Source: a bacterium
GTDB lineage: Bacteria; SAR324; XYD2-FULL-50-16
DNA: 64,000 bases
NCBI GenBank assembly: GCA_032250835.1
Contig: JAVVEA010000001.1
Location: 512,001-576,000 of the forward strand
Direction of reading: 5' to 3'
Each line of letters starts with the position of its first letter. Positions within the stretch are counted from its first letter, which is position 1. Below are positions 22,596 through 31,900 of the stretch, in pieces. The notes below the pieces were generated by a model. That model was not told the origin of the DNA and searched no databases. It saw only the letters and a list, made by a program, of their open reading frames with translations. The position numbers were made by a program, and so were the translations under genes.

Positions 22596-23986
22596 TCTTT
22601 AAAAAGCAATCTCAAGTCTTTATGACGCTGCTCTTCTTCGTGGATCAGACGATCCTCTGGGGTAGCTGGTTGCTTGCCTATTGGACCCGCTTCCACCTGA
22701 TCGACTATCCCCAAGCCGAGAGCATTGCGCCCTTTGCGGGTTATTTTGAAATCAGTTGGGTGGTGGTGCTCTTCGGCGCGGTGACCTTTATCTACGCGCG
22801 GATGTACCACCCTAAGCGCATCTTCCACTACCGCGGCGAAGCAGGCGCGATCCTGCGGGCGAACCTGCTCTTGTGGATGGCCCTTTTAGGGGCCAGCTTC
22901 TTTTACCGGGGCTTTTCTTTTAGCCGGGTCCAGTCGCTGCATTTCTTGCTGATCAGCCTGTTGCTGATTTCCGCCTACCGGGGTGGGGTCCGTTACACCT
23001 TGGCCTGGATGCGCACCAAAGGGCGCAACTTGCGGTATGTCTTGGTGATCGGCGCATCAAACACCGCCTCCATGATTGTGAGCAAAATCCGCGAGAATCC
23101 CGGTTTGGGTTTGGTCATGCGGGGCTATTTGGCCAAGCAACCCAACGAGGCCTTGGGTTTAGAGTATTTGGGCAATTATCCCAACATCCCCGAAGTGATC
23201 CATTCCCAGGGAATCGACCAAGTCTTCGTGGCCCTAGATTCGGACCAACAATCGGACCTGGGCCAGATCAACCAATTGCTGGCCGAAGAGACGGTGGACT
23301 TTAACTTGGTGCCCGACATCTACCACAGCCTAGCGATCAACCCGGAATTTCTCGACCTAGACGGCATGCCCATCATCGCGCTGCGCCAAAGCCCGGTAGA
23401 CGGCTGGAACCGGGTGATCAAACGGGCCTTTGACATCGCCGTGGCGCTCTGTAGCATTCTGGTGATGACTCCCTTTTGGGTGGTCTTGCCGCTGTTGATC
23501 AAGCTGACCAGCCGGGGCCCGGTTTTCTACCGCCAAACCCGCATGGGCTTGGACGGTAAGAGCTTTGACATGCTCAAATTCCGCAGCATGCGCACCGACG
23601 CAGAAGCCAGCACCGGGGCGGTCTGGGCCCAAAAGGACGACCCCCGGGTCACCCGCATTGGCGCGCTGATGCGCCGAACCAGCCTAGACGAAATCCCCCA
23701 GCTCTTTAACGTGCTGGGCGGCAGCATGAGCATCGTCGGCCCGAGGCCCGAACGCCCCGAATTGATCGGCGACTTTAAAAAAGAAATCCCCAACTACATG
23801 CTACGCCACAAAATCAAGGCTGGCCTGACCGGTTGGGCCCAAATCAATGGGTGGCGCGGAAATACCTCCTTGGAAAAACGGATCGAATACGATATTTATT
23901 ATCTGACCCACTGGTCCATCTGGTTTGATCTGAAGATTTTCTTACTGTCGCTCTTTAAAGGGTTTATCGACCCCAATGCCTACTAG
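22592..23986 (+). CDS. Undecaprenyl-phosphate glucose phosphotransferase (WcaJ-like)
   Basis: N-terminal TMs, KRAFD, KFRSM, DDPRVT, SLDEIPQ, VGPRPERP, GLTGWAQING. Confidence 0.92.
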   Translation: MIFKKQSQVFMTLLFFVDQTILWGSWLLAYWTRFHLIDYPQAESIAPFAGYFEISWVVVLFGAVTFIYARMYHPKRIFHYRGEAGAILRANLLLWMALLGASFFYRGFSFSRVQSLHFLLISLLLISAYRGGVRYTLAWMRTKGRNLRYVLVIGASNTASMIVSKIRENPGLGLVMRGYLAKQPNEALGLEYLGNYPNIPEVIHSQGIDQVFVALDSDQQSDLGQINQLLAEETVDFNLVPDIYHSLAINPEFLDLDGMPIIALRQSPVDGWNRVIKRAFDIAVALCSILVMTPFWVVLPLLIKLTSRGPVFYRQTRMGLDGKSFDMLKFRSMRTDAEASTGAVWAQKDDPRVTRIGALMRRTSLDEIPQLFNVLGGSMSIVGPRPERPELIGDFKKEIPNYMLRHKIKAGLTGWAQINGWRGNTSLEKRIEYDIYYLTHWSIWFDLKIFLLSLFKGFIDPNAY

Positions 23987-24755
23987 GACCCCCGGCATGA
24001 AACCAAACCAAACGAAAAACAACGCACAGTTTTCCATTGAAATGGACTTCAAGGGGATGCTGGTGTTTATGATCCTGGTGGCTTTGACCGGGGCGACCCT
24101 CTTTTACTTAGGCATGATCTTCGGTAAGGCCAGCCGCTCGCCGAACGAAGACCTACGCCCCTCGATGAGCGATACGGAAGAATCGCCCGGCGACCTGCAA
24201 ACGCCTAAGGACCTAAAGATTTATGACTTGGGCAATAACGCAGAAAACGTGGACAGCCTCAAGAAGGAGTTTGAATCCCTTAAGGCGGACTCACAGCCCA
24301 CCCTCAACGCCGAAAGCAACGCCGTCAAACAAGACGCCGAGGCGACCCGCCAGTTGGCCGCTGCCGCCCAGCGCTTAGAGGCCGACCGCCAAGCCGAATC
24401 GGCCCCCGCTCCGGCAGCAGCAGCCCAGCCCACTGATTTGGCCGAAGTTCCCAAGCCCGGCTCCGCCCCAGGCATCAGTTGGCCCGAAGTAGCCCGCGAG
24501 ACCAGGGGCGAGACAGGTCCCGAATACACCATCCAAATCTTCACCACCCGCGACACCGCCAAGGCCGAACGGATGGTGGGGCAGCTCAAACAAAAGGGTT
24601 TTGACGCCTATTCCGAAGAAATCCGCCTCGAAGGCAACCTGCTCTACCGCGTGCGGGTGGGTCGGGGCAACCAGGACAAGATCGAACGGATCAAGACCCG
24701 CTTAAGTGGCGTGGTCGAAGGCTTGGGCCGTTTGCAGGTAGTACAAATCCGCTAA
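23976..24755 (+). CDS. SPOR-domain cell-division protein (FtsN/DedD-like)
   Basis: N-terminal TM, linker, YTIQI...L..KGFDAY...YRVRVG. Confidence 0.8.
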   Translation: MPTRTPGMKPNQTKNNAQFSIEMDFKGMLVFMILVALTGATLFYLGMIFGKASRSPNEDLRPSMSDTEESPGDLQTPKDLKIYDLGNNAENVDSLKKEFESLKADSQPTLNAESNAVKQDAEATRQLAAAAQRLEADRQAESAPAPAAAAQPTDLAEVPKPGSAPGISWPEVARETRGETGPEYTIQIFTTRDTAKAERMVGQLKQKGFDAYSEEIRLEGNLLYRVRVGRGNQDKIERIKTRLSGVVEGLGRLQVVQIR

Positions 24756-24979
24756 CCTTTCCTTTGAAGCCCCGCCAACTCTTGACGGGGCCTACCTCCA
24801 TCCCTACCGCCCGCTCCGCTGCCTTTAGGCAGCTGCCCTTAGCGACCCATTTCACCTAAAATACCTAAGATTTCGGCTGGGGATTCCTTCAACAGCCAGG
24901 ACAAGCCTTGCTTTGGCAGTGAATTTTAAATAGTATATTCAAAACTAAAACTCTTCAATCCCCGCTGCCCAGGACCTTG

Positions 24980-26911
24980 ATGAAGCGATTGACGATCAAA
25001 CAAAAGCTGCTCTTATTGATTCTTTTACCCCTCTTTGGGCTTATCTATCTGGCCTTTGTGCAGGTAAGCCACCAATGGGAAAACCGCCAAGCCGCCCAAT
25101 CGATGACCGCCTCTAGCCAACTGGCCGCCCATTTGGGCCAGTTGATGCACCAATTCCAAAAAGAACGGGGGATGACGGCGGGTTTTCTAGGCAGCAAAGG
25201 AGTGGCCTTTAAAGACCAATTACCTCCACAACGCAAGGCGGCGGATCAGGCTTTGACGGCTCTATTAGAAAGCCAACCTGCCCTGAAGGGTAGGTTGCCG
25301 GACTCGGTGAACCAAGCCCTGACGCAACTGACCCAGCGCTTTCAAGACCGAGCGAAGCTCCGCAATCGAGTGGACGCGCAGTCGGTAGCAGCTAGCGAAG
25401 CCATTGCTTTTTATACCGACAACAACCGCCAAAGTCTTGAGCTGGTCTTAAGCCTAGCCGCGAACGCCCAGGACCCGAGCCTCAGCGCTCCCTTTTACGC
25501 GCTCTTTGCGGTGCAGGGCGTCAAAGAAAAGTCGGGCATCGAGCGGGCCGTCTTGGCCAATGTTTTCGCCCGTGGGTCCTTCGGGCCCGACCAACGCCGC
25601 CGCCTCATCGACCTGATCGGCAGCCAGCAGGTCTTAATTGAACTATACCTTTCCTTGGCTGAGCCCGCCTTGGCCGAAAAGTTCCGGGGAATGCTCAAAA
25701 ACCCGGTCAGCACCAAGGTCAACCAACTGCGCGAGGAAGCTTTTTCGGAGCGGTTTTTAAGTTCTTCGACAGACTGGTTTAACGCAGCCACCGCCCGGAT
25801 CGACGACTTGGCGGAGTTAGAAAAAGGGATCATCGTCCGCCTGGGTGAACGGGCTCAAGAACAGGCCGATCAAGCGGGCACGTCGGTAGCCTTGACCAGC
25901 ACCTTTACGCTGGCCTTGTTGTTGCTGGTGGCGGTTTTGGCCTGGGTGTTGGGCCGGTCGATCTTGCAACCAATCCACCAAATGTTAGGGCTGCTCAAAG
26001 AGATCGCCGAAGGGGAAGGGGATTTGACCAAACGGCTCAAAGCCGATGGGCGGGATGAAGTCGCCCAACTGAGCCGTTACTTCAACCTTTTTGTTTCCAA
26101 TATCCAGGGGATTTTGCAGCAGATCGACCAATCTGCGAACACCTTGGCCAGTTCCATTTCCGAATTGTCCGCCGCCTCGGAACAGATGGCCCAATCAAGC
26201 CGCGAGATTGCCGGACAGTTGGACGAATCGGCCCAAGAGATCGGCAAGACCCAAAGCCTAGCCCAAGAAATCCACCAGGACAACCAACGCAGCGGCGAGT
26301 CGATCGCCGACATCAACCAAAAAGCCGACCAAGCCCTAGACAAGGCCGCCGAAGGAACCGAAGCGCTCAACCGCACCAACGATTCGATGGACCAGATCGA
26401 GCAGAGCAGCCGCAAGATTGAAGGGATCATCCGGGTGATCACCGAAATCAGCACCCAAACCAACCTACTTTCCCTAAATGCGGCCATCGAAGCCGCCAAG
26501 GCGGGGGAATTCGGCAAGGGTTTTGCGGTGGTCGCCGACGAGGTCCGTAACTTGGCGGACCGCAGCAACCAATCGGTGACCCAAATCCAAGGGCTGATCG
26601 AGCGGGGCGTAACGAATATCGAAGAAGGCAAGGCGGTGATCACCAAAACCACCGTCACCGTCCAAGACATCATCGACCATGTGCGCCATACCGCCAACGC
26701 GCTGTCCGAGATCGGCGCGGCCTTGAGCGACCAAACCCGCCGGGTGGATTTGATCAGCCGTTCCGCCGATTCGCTGGCCGCCCAGGGAGAACAGAACGCC
26801 CGCGCCGCCGAACAGCTTTCCCAAAGCACCACCGAAGTCGCCAAAACGGTCCATGAGTTGGACCGCGTGGCCGAAGCGCTAGCCGGGCATGTCGCCAAAT
26901 TCAAGATTTAG
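24980..26911 (+). CDS. Methyl-accepting chemotaxis protein with NIT (nitrate/nitrite) sensor domain
   Basis: HQFQKERGMTAGFLGS and KEKSGIERA NIT motifs, HAMP (GDLTKRL...DEV), [31 protein letters not shown]. Confidence 0.92.
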   Translation: MKRLTIKQKLLLLILLPLFGLIYLAFVQVSHQWENRQAAQSMTASSQLAAHLGQLMHQFQKERGMTAGFLGSKGVAFKDQLPPQRKAADQALTALLESQPALKGRLPDSVNQALTQLTQRFQDRAKLRNRVDAQSVAASEAIAFYTDNNRQSLELVLSLAANAQDPSLSAPFYALFAVQGVKEKSGIERAVLANVFARGSFGPDQRRRLIDLIGSQQVLIELYLSLAEPALAEKFRGMLKNPVSTKVNQLREEAFSERFLSSSTDWFNAATARIDDLAELEKGIIVRLGERAQEQADQAGTSVALTSTFTLALLLLVAVLAWVLGRSILQPIHQMLGLLKEIAEGEGDLTKRLKADGRDEVAQLSRYFNLFVSNIQGILQQIDQSANTLASSISELSAASEQMAQSSREIAGQLDESAQEIGKTQSLAQEIHQDNQRSGESIADINQKADQALDKAAEGTEALNRTNDSMDQIEQSSRKIEGIIRVITEISTQTNLLSLNAAIEAAKAGEFGKGFAVVADEVRNLADRSNQSVTQIQGLIERGVTNIEEGKAVITKTTVTVQDIIDHVRHTANALSEIGAALSDQTRRVDLISRSADSLAAQGEQNARAAEQLSQSTTEVAKTVHELDRVAEALAGHVAKFKI

Positions 26912-26980
26912 GCTCCCTTGATTGCCTAAGGGGCCATAAGTTGCCTATAAAGGGGCTTAACCTGCCCTAAAGTAGAGTTT

Positions 26981-27607
26981 ATGAAGTACTATGACCTCAC
27001 CCTAAGCCACAGCGACCAACTGGCCCTTTGGCCCCAGGACCCGCCCTTTGTGCGGGATTATATCTACCAGCTAGAAGCAGGGGACCCGGTCACCATCAGC
27101 CGCCTGAGCTTTTCGAGCCACCTGGGCACCCATGTGGACGCGCCGCTGCACTTTTACGCCGAGGGCGCATCGGTAGACCAGTTGGACCTAGAAATCCTGA
27201 TCGGCCCGGCTTTGGTGGTGGATTGCGGTGGGGCCCAAGTGGTGGACCGCGCTTTGATTGAGGGATTATTGGAAGGGCGACGCCCAGCGCGGCTGCTGCT
27301 TAAAACCAAAAATTCAACTTACCTGAAAGAGCCCCAGCTTCGTAGCGATTGGGTGGGCCTAAAAACCGACGCCGCCCAATGGCTAGTGGAAATGGGCGTC
27401 CAATTCATCGGCATCGACTACCTAACCATCGGCTCCCCCCAAGACAACATGCCGGTCCATAAGGCCCTACTCAGCGCCCCAGTCATCATCGCCGAAGGCC
27501 TAGACTTGCTAGAGGTCCCCGCCGGTTTGTACCAGTTGATCTGCCTCCCCCTAAAGGTAACAGGCGGCGACGGGGCCCCGGCGCGGGTGGTGTTGGTGGA
27601 AAGTTAA
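26981..27607 (+). CDS. Cyclase/kynurenine formamidase family metal hydrolase
   Basis: HLGTHVDAPLHF, GIDYL, GDGAPARVV. Confidence 0.9.
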   Translation: MKYYDLTLSHSDQLALWPQDPPFVRDYIYQLEAGDPVTISRLSFSSHLGTHVDAPLHFYAEGASVDQLDLEILIGPALVVDCGGAQVVDRALIEGLLEGRRPARLLLKTKNSTYLKEPQLRSDWVGLKTDAAQWLVEMGVQFIGIDYLTIGSPQDNMPVHKALLSAPVIIAEGLDLLEVPAGLYQLICLPLKVTGGDGAPARVVLVES

Positions 27608-27632
27608 TGGATCAAAGGGATTTATGGCAGCT

Positions 27633-28322
27633 CTAAATCTCCGCCATATACCGACGCCAAGCAATGGCCGGGGCGGCTTCGGTTTCTAAGAAGTTGGCTT
27701 CTAAACGCCAGTCGCCGGACTTGACCAAGCCGACCATGCGCTCCATGCGGTTTTTGTTGAGGTAGCGGGCGAAGAGGCTGGGGATTACCCCGGCTTTGTC
27801 GTCGCGCAAAATATGGCGGATGGCGCGTTGCACCTTGGGCTGGGGGACTTTTTCTTGGACCTGGGCCAAAAAGACAATGCGTTCGACCTCGGGGCTGGTG
27901 GCCAGCCATTTGATCAGGTATTCAAAGTAATGGTAGTCGAAGTGGCGGCGGCAGATGTTGCGGTAGAGGATGTCGGCGGCCTCAAGGTTGTCGGGGTCGC
28001 GCACTTCGGTATCGGTGATCTTGCGGGCGATCACCAAGACCACCTCGGGAAGCTCTTTGACCTTCTCGCGGAAGACCAAAAAGAACTTGTCCGTCAACAG
28101 CTGCATAAAGACCAAGGACAACTCCTTTTCCATCCCCCGCCCGCCGATGCCCGCGTCCAGGGCTACGCGGGTGATCAGGTATTGCACAAACCGGCCTTGG
28201 ATCATGTTGGCCAAGAATTGGGCGGTGGAGCCGTCTAAATCGGGATTGGGGTCTTCGGGGTCCAGGCCATCGAGGCAGTTTTTGATCGCTTGGGTGTAGG
28301 GGTTTAGTTTCCGGTGCGGCAT
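27633..28322 (-). CDS. Hypothetical protein
   Basis: 229-aa ORF with host-like codon usage downstream of the aminotransferase; family not recognised. Confidence 0.6.
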   Translation of the reverse strand: MPHRKLNPYTQAIKNCLDGLDPEDPNPDLDGSTAQFLANMIQGRFVQYLITRVALDAGIGGRGMEKELSLVFMQLLTDKFFLVFREKVKELPEVVLVIARKITDTEVRDPDNLEAADILYRNICRRHFDYHYFEYLIKWLATSPEVERIVFLAQVQEKVPQPKVQRAIRHILRDDKAGVIPSLFARYLNKNRMERMVGLVKSGDWRLEANFLETEAAPAIAWRRYMAEI

Positions 28323-28346
28323 CGGGGCTCTTCGGTGGCTGTGGCG

Positions 28347-29528
28347 CTAGCGATAGCGCGACATCAGTTGCGTAAAGACCGGCAGGCTGCGCTCGATCAT
28401 CTCCGTCTCAAAGCAATAGGCGAGCCGGAAATAACCGGGCATCCGGAAGGCCGAACCGGGCACGAGCAATAAATTTAAGTCTTGGGCCTCTTTGACAAAA
28501 GCCAAGTCGTCTTCAATGGGGCATTTAGGGAAGAGATAAAAGGCCCCTTCGGGCTTCACACAGCTTAGGCCCAAGCCGGTAAGGTGCTCATAAAGGATAT
28601 TTCGATTGGCTAGGTAAGGCGCCACATCCACCTGGGCCTCACCGACCATCGGCAAGATGCGCTGCATCAACACCGGCGCGTTAACAAACCCTAAGGTACG
28701 CAAGGCCAGCACCGTCGCTTGGGCCAGCAGATTGCGGTCTGGGTGTTTAGGCGAGATGGCCAAATAGCCGATCCTTTCGCCCGGCAGGGCCAAGTCTTTG
28801 CTCGAAGAGGTGGCCAAAATAGTCGCCTCGTAGGCTGCAAAGGGGTTGCCGGGAACCACGCCGTCATAGCAAATCGCCCGGTAAGGCTCGTCGCTAACCA
28901 AGGTGATCGGGTGGCCCAGCTCTTGGGACTTCTGGCGCAGCAAGTCGCCCAAAGCCGCTAGGTCTTCGCCCGAATAGACCACCCCGGTGGGGTTGTTGGG
29001 CGAGTTGATCACCAAGGCTTTGGTCTTGGGGCCGATGGCCTGGGCCAGGGCCTTTAAATCGGGCTTAAAGTTGGGCAAGGTGGGCAAACTGACCGGAACG
29101 CCTCCGTGGTTTTCGATATAAAAATCATATTCCACAAAGTAGGGCCGCAGCAGCAGCACTTCGTCGCCCGGATCCAGCAGGCTCTTGAAGATCACATTCA
29201 GCGCACCGCCCGCGCCGACGGTCATCACCACATCGGTCGGTTCAAAGCCCAAGGCCACTTCCTTTTCCAACCGCGCCGCCACAAAGGCGCGGGTTTCGGG
29301 CAGACCCGCGTTGGGCATGTATCGGTGCAGGCCCGCTTGGCCGCTTTGGATCACCTCTAAAATCGCTTGGTGCACCTCCGCGGGCGGTTCAAAGACCGGG
29401 TTGCCGAGGCTAAAATCAAAGACCCTATCGGCACCGAATTGGGCCTTGCGCCGTTCGCCTTCTTCAAACATGCGGCGGATCAGCGAAGACCCCTCGATGC
29501 TGGCTAACATCTTGCGGGCAATGGCCAT
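28347..29528 (-). CDS. PLP-dependent aminotransferase class I/II (aspartate aminotransferase-like)
   Basis: FSLGNP, NSPNNPTG, SDEPY, SKDLALPGERIGY. Confidence 0.93.
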   Translation of the reverse strand: MAIARKMLASIEGSSLIRRMFEEGERRKAQFGADRVFDFSLGNPVFEPPAEVHQAILEVIQSGQAGLHRYMPNAGLPETRAFVAARLEKEVALGFEPTDVVMTVGAGGALNVIFKSLLDPGDEVLLLRPYFVEYDFYIENHGGVPVSLPTLPNFKPDLKALAQAIGPKTKALVINSPNNPTGVVYSGEDLAALGDLLRQKSQELGHPITLVSDEPYRAICYDGVVPGNPFAAYEATILATSSSKDLALPGERIGYLAISPKHPDRNLLAQATVLALRTLGFVNAPVLMQRILPMVGEAQVDVAPYLANRNILYEHLTGLGLSCVKPEGAFYLFPKCPIEDDLAFVKEAQDLNLLLVPGSAFRMPGYFRLAYCFETEMIERSLPVFTQLMSRYR

Positions 29529-30358
29529 TATAAAAACTCCTCGGTAACGAAGTTTTTAATATAATCAAAGGCCTCGTCGACCTCATCAATGATTTTAAAT
29601 AGCTCTAGGTCCTTCTTGCTGATCACCTGCCACTTTAAGAGGGCGTCGAAGTTTAAGAAGTCGGTCCAGAACTCTTTACCGTAGAGCACAATGGGGATTT
29701 GTTTTTGCAGCTTTCCGGTCTGCATCAAGGTGAGCAGTTCGAACAGCTCGTCCATGGTGCCGAAGCCGCCAGGAAAAACCACCAAGCCCTTGGCCAGATA
29801 GGCGAACCAAAACTTGCGGATAAAGAAGTAGTGGAACTCAAAGGAAAGCTTGCCGGTTTGGTAAGGATTCGGGTCCTGCTCAAAGGGCAGAACAATGTTC
29901 ATCCCAATCGAGGGACCGTGGCCTTCGTCGGCTCCTCGGTTGGCCGCTTCCATCATCCCCGGCCCGCCACCGGAGCAGACGATGAAACGCTTTTCCTTTT
30001 GCACAATGCTGTTGGACCATTCGGTCAGTTTTTTCGCTAAGCTGCGGGCGGCCTCATAATAATAAGACAGCTTCAGGTCCATCTGGGCGGTCTGGTAGCG
30101 CTCCTGAAGCTCGTCGCTTTGCAACTCGGCGCGGTTCACCAATTCGGCGACGGCCTCTAAATTAGCCTCCGCTTCATCTTGCGGCAACGAGCGGGCCGAA
30201 CCAAAGAAGACAATGGTGTTTTTGATTTCTTCGCGTTCATACCGCTGGGCGGGGCCCGCAATCTCGCTGAGGATGCGGATGTGCCGCGCCTCGGGGCTGC
30301 GCAAAAAATCCTCGTTTAGGTAAGTGAGGTGGGGTCGGTTGTCTTGGGAGTCGTTCAT
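29528..30358 (-). CDS. LOG family nucleotide phosphoribohydrolase
   Basis: FGSAR, GGGPGMMEAANRGA, YFFIRK, PGGFGTMDE. Confidence 0.9.
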   Translation of the reverse strand: MNDSQDNRPHLTYLNEDFLRSPEARHIRILSEIAGPAQRYEREEIKNTIVFFGSARSLPQDEAEANLEAVAELVNRAELQSDELQERYQTAQMDLKLSYYYEAARSLAKKLTEWSNSIVQKEKRFIVCSGGGPGMMEAANRGADEGHGPSIGMNIVLPFEQDPNPYQTGKLSFEFHYFFIRKFWFAYLAKGLVVFPGGFGTMDELFELLTLMQTGKLQKQIPIVLYGKEFWTDFLNFDALLKWQVISKKDLELFKIIDEVDEAFDYIKNFVTEEFL

Positions 30359-30438
30359 AGCATACCAGAATGATGGAGCGCTCAATGTAGCTTGAAGCGC
30401 CCCCTAGGGCAACGGCTTTTTGGACTCCCTCAGTTGTA

Positions 30439-31320
30439 TTAAGGTAGCGGCACCAGCGGGATTTGGAGGGCTAGGCGGTTGTCTTCGGACATCGGCTGGC
30501 CGGGCGTCAGGTAAAGCCCTACCTCGGGCCCTGGGGCTAACTCCCGCCCGGAGTTGGGCAGCCATGCCCCATAGATATAATTTAAGGTATGGGGGTAGCG
30601 GCTCATGGGCCCTTGGTGGATAAATTCGGCGTAAAGACCCGCCGGTAGAATGCGCAGCTCAAAGCCCTCGGGTGCTTCGGGCCTGGGCCAGAGCAGGCCG
30701 CCAAAATATTCTTGGGCTTCCTGCCAGTCTTCTTCCTTGCCCGGTGTGATACTGGCTCGTTGGGCTCCGGCGGCTTCGGGCAGGGCGGCTAAATCGGGGC
30801 CTAGGCTCTGCCAAAGCTGGCTGACTGCCTGAATATTCTGCGCCGCAGCCTGAGCCATCAAGCCCACTTGAGTGGCCCGGCCGATCAAGTATCGCTCCTC
30901 AAGCTCAATTAACTTCGGTTCCATGCTGAAGCCTTTAAAGAGGTGGTTTAAGTAATCTGCGTCCATCTTAGCTTTCTGGGGGATCAGCCAGCGGCCCTGG
31001 TGGCTGCGTCGGAAAGCCGAGGGGCTTTGGCCAAAGGCCCGCTTAAAGGCCCGGCAAAAGACCTCGTGGGATTCATAGCCTTGGTTCAGCGCGATATCTA
31101 AAACCTTTTGCGGGGTTTCGGCCAAAGCCTTTGCGGCCACAGAAAGCCGCCGCGCGGCTATATACTCGCCCAGACTTTCGCCCAAGAGGACCTTAAAAAC
31201 CCGCTGGAAGTGCCAGGACGAATATCCGGCTACCTCGGCCACTTCAGCGCAGCTTAAAGCGCGGTCCAGGTGATTTTCCACAAAATCGATAGCTCCGTTG
31301 ATCCTGGTTAGATAGCTCAT
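30439..31320 (-). CDS. AraC family regulator with C-terminal GyrI-like effector domain (Rob-like)
   Basis: N-terminal double HTH (YSSWHFQRVF; GYESHEVFCRAFKR); C-terminal LPAGLYAEF.H.G...IYGAWLP. Confidence 0.9.
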   Translation of the reverse strand: MSYLTRINGAIDFVENHLDRALSCAEVAEVAGYSSWHFQRVFKVLLGESLGEYIAARRLSVAAKALAETPQKVLDIALNQGYESHEVFCRAFKRAFGQSPSAFRRSHQGRWLIPQKAKMDADYLNHLFKGFSMEPKLIELEERYLIGRATQVGLMAQAAAQNIQAVSQLWQSLGPDLAALPEAAGAQRASITPGKEEDWQEAQEYFGGLLWPRPEAPEGFELRILPAGLYAEFIHQGPMSRYPHTLNYIYGAWLPNSGRELAPGPEVGLYLTPGQPMSEDNRLALQIPLVPLP

Positions 31321-31396
31321 GGGCCCATGATAATAATTGAAAATAGTTCCTTCTTGATCAATCCTGCGCCCAGTTTTGGGGAGCTTCCCTTGGGGC

Positions 31397-31425
31397 TTGA
31401 GAAAGCTGGGGCGCTGTGGGATAAT
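31397..31425 (+). promoter_or_regulatory. Sigma70-type promoter of smpB
   Basis: TTGAGA-17 bp-GATAAT with an extended -10 TG. Confidence 0.6.
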
Positions 31426-31450
31426 GCGGTTTAACTAACGGTAGGGAACC

Positions 31451-31900
31451 ATGTCTAGTATTGTCCGCAACAAAAAGGCCTTCTTCGAATATGAGATTTT
31501 GGAGAAGTTCGAAGCCGGGATCGCCCTGGTCGGTACGGAGGTCAAGAGCCTACGCGCCGGGAAGGTGAAGATCATTGAGGCCTTCTGCCGGGTCAATAAC
31601 TCCTTTGAACTGGAGTTGCATATGCTCGACATCGCCCAATACACCCACGGCAACCTAAACAACCACGAACGCACCCGCGTGCGTAAGTTGTTGATGCACA
31701 AAAACGAAATCCGCCGCATCGACCAAAAGACCCGTGAAAAGGGCCTGACCATCGTGCCCATTTCGCTTTATTTTAAGCGCGGCAAGGTGAAGGTGGAAAT
31801 CGCCCTGGCCAAGGGCAAGAAACTACACGACAAACGCGCCGACATGAAGGCCAAAGACGCCAAGATGGAAATCGACCGCGCCCTCAAAGGCCAGCACTAG
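31451..31900 (+). CDS. smpB: SsrA-binding protein
   Basis: NKKAFFEY, EAGIALVGTEVKSLR, RKLLMHK, KGKKLHDKR. Confidence 0.98.
   Translation: MSSIVRNKKAFFEYEILEKFEAGIALVGTEVKSLRAGKVKIIEAFCRVNNSFELELHMLDIAQYTHGNLNNHERTRVRKLLMHKNEIRRIDQKTREKGLTIVPISLYFKRGKVKVEIALAKGKKLHDKRADMKAKDAKMEIDRALKGQH

Noticed and set aside
26077-26904. Long antisense ORFs opposite the chemoreceptors and guaB (also 57419-58276 and 13088-13828)
   Set aside because: Typical antisense shadows produced by codon bias in well-supported genes.
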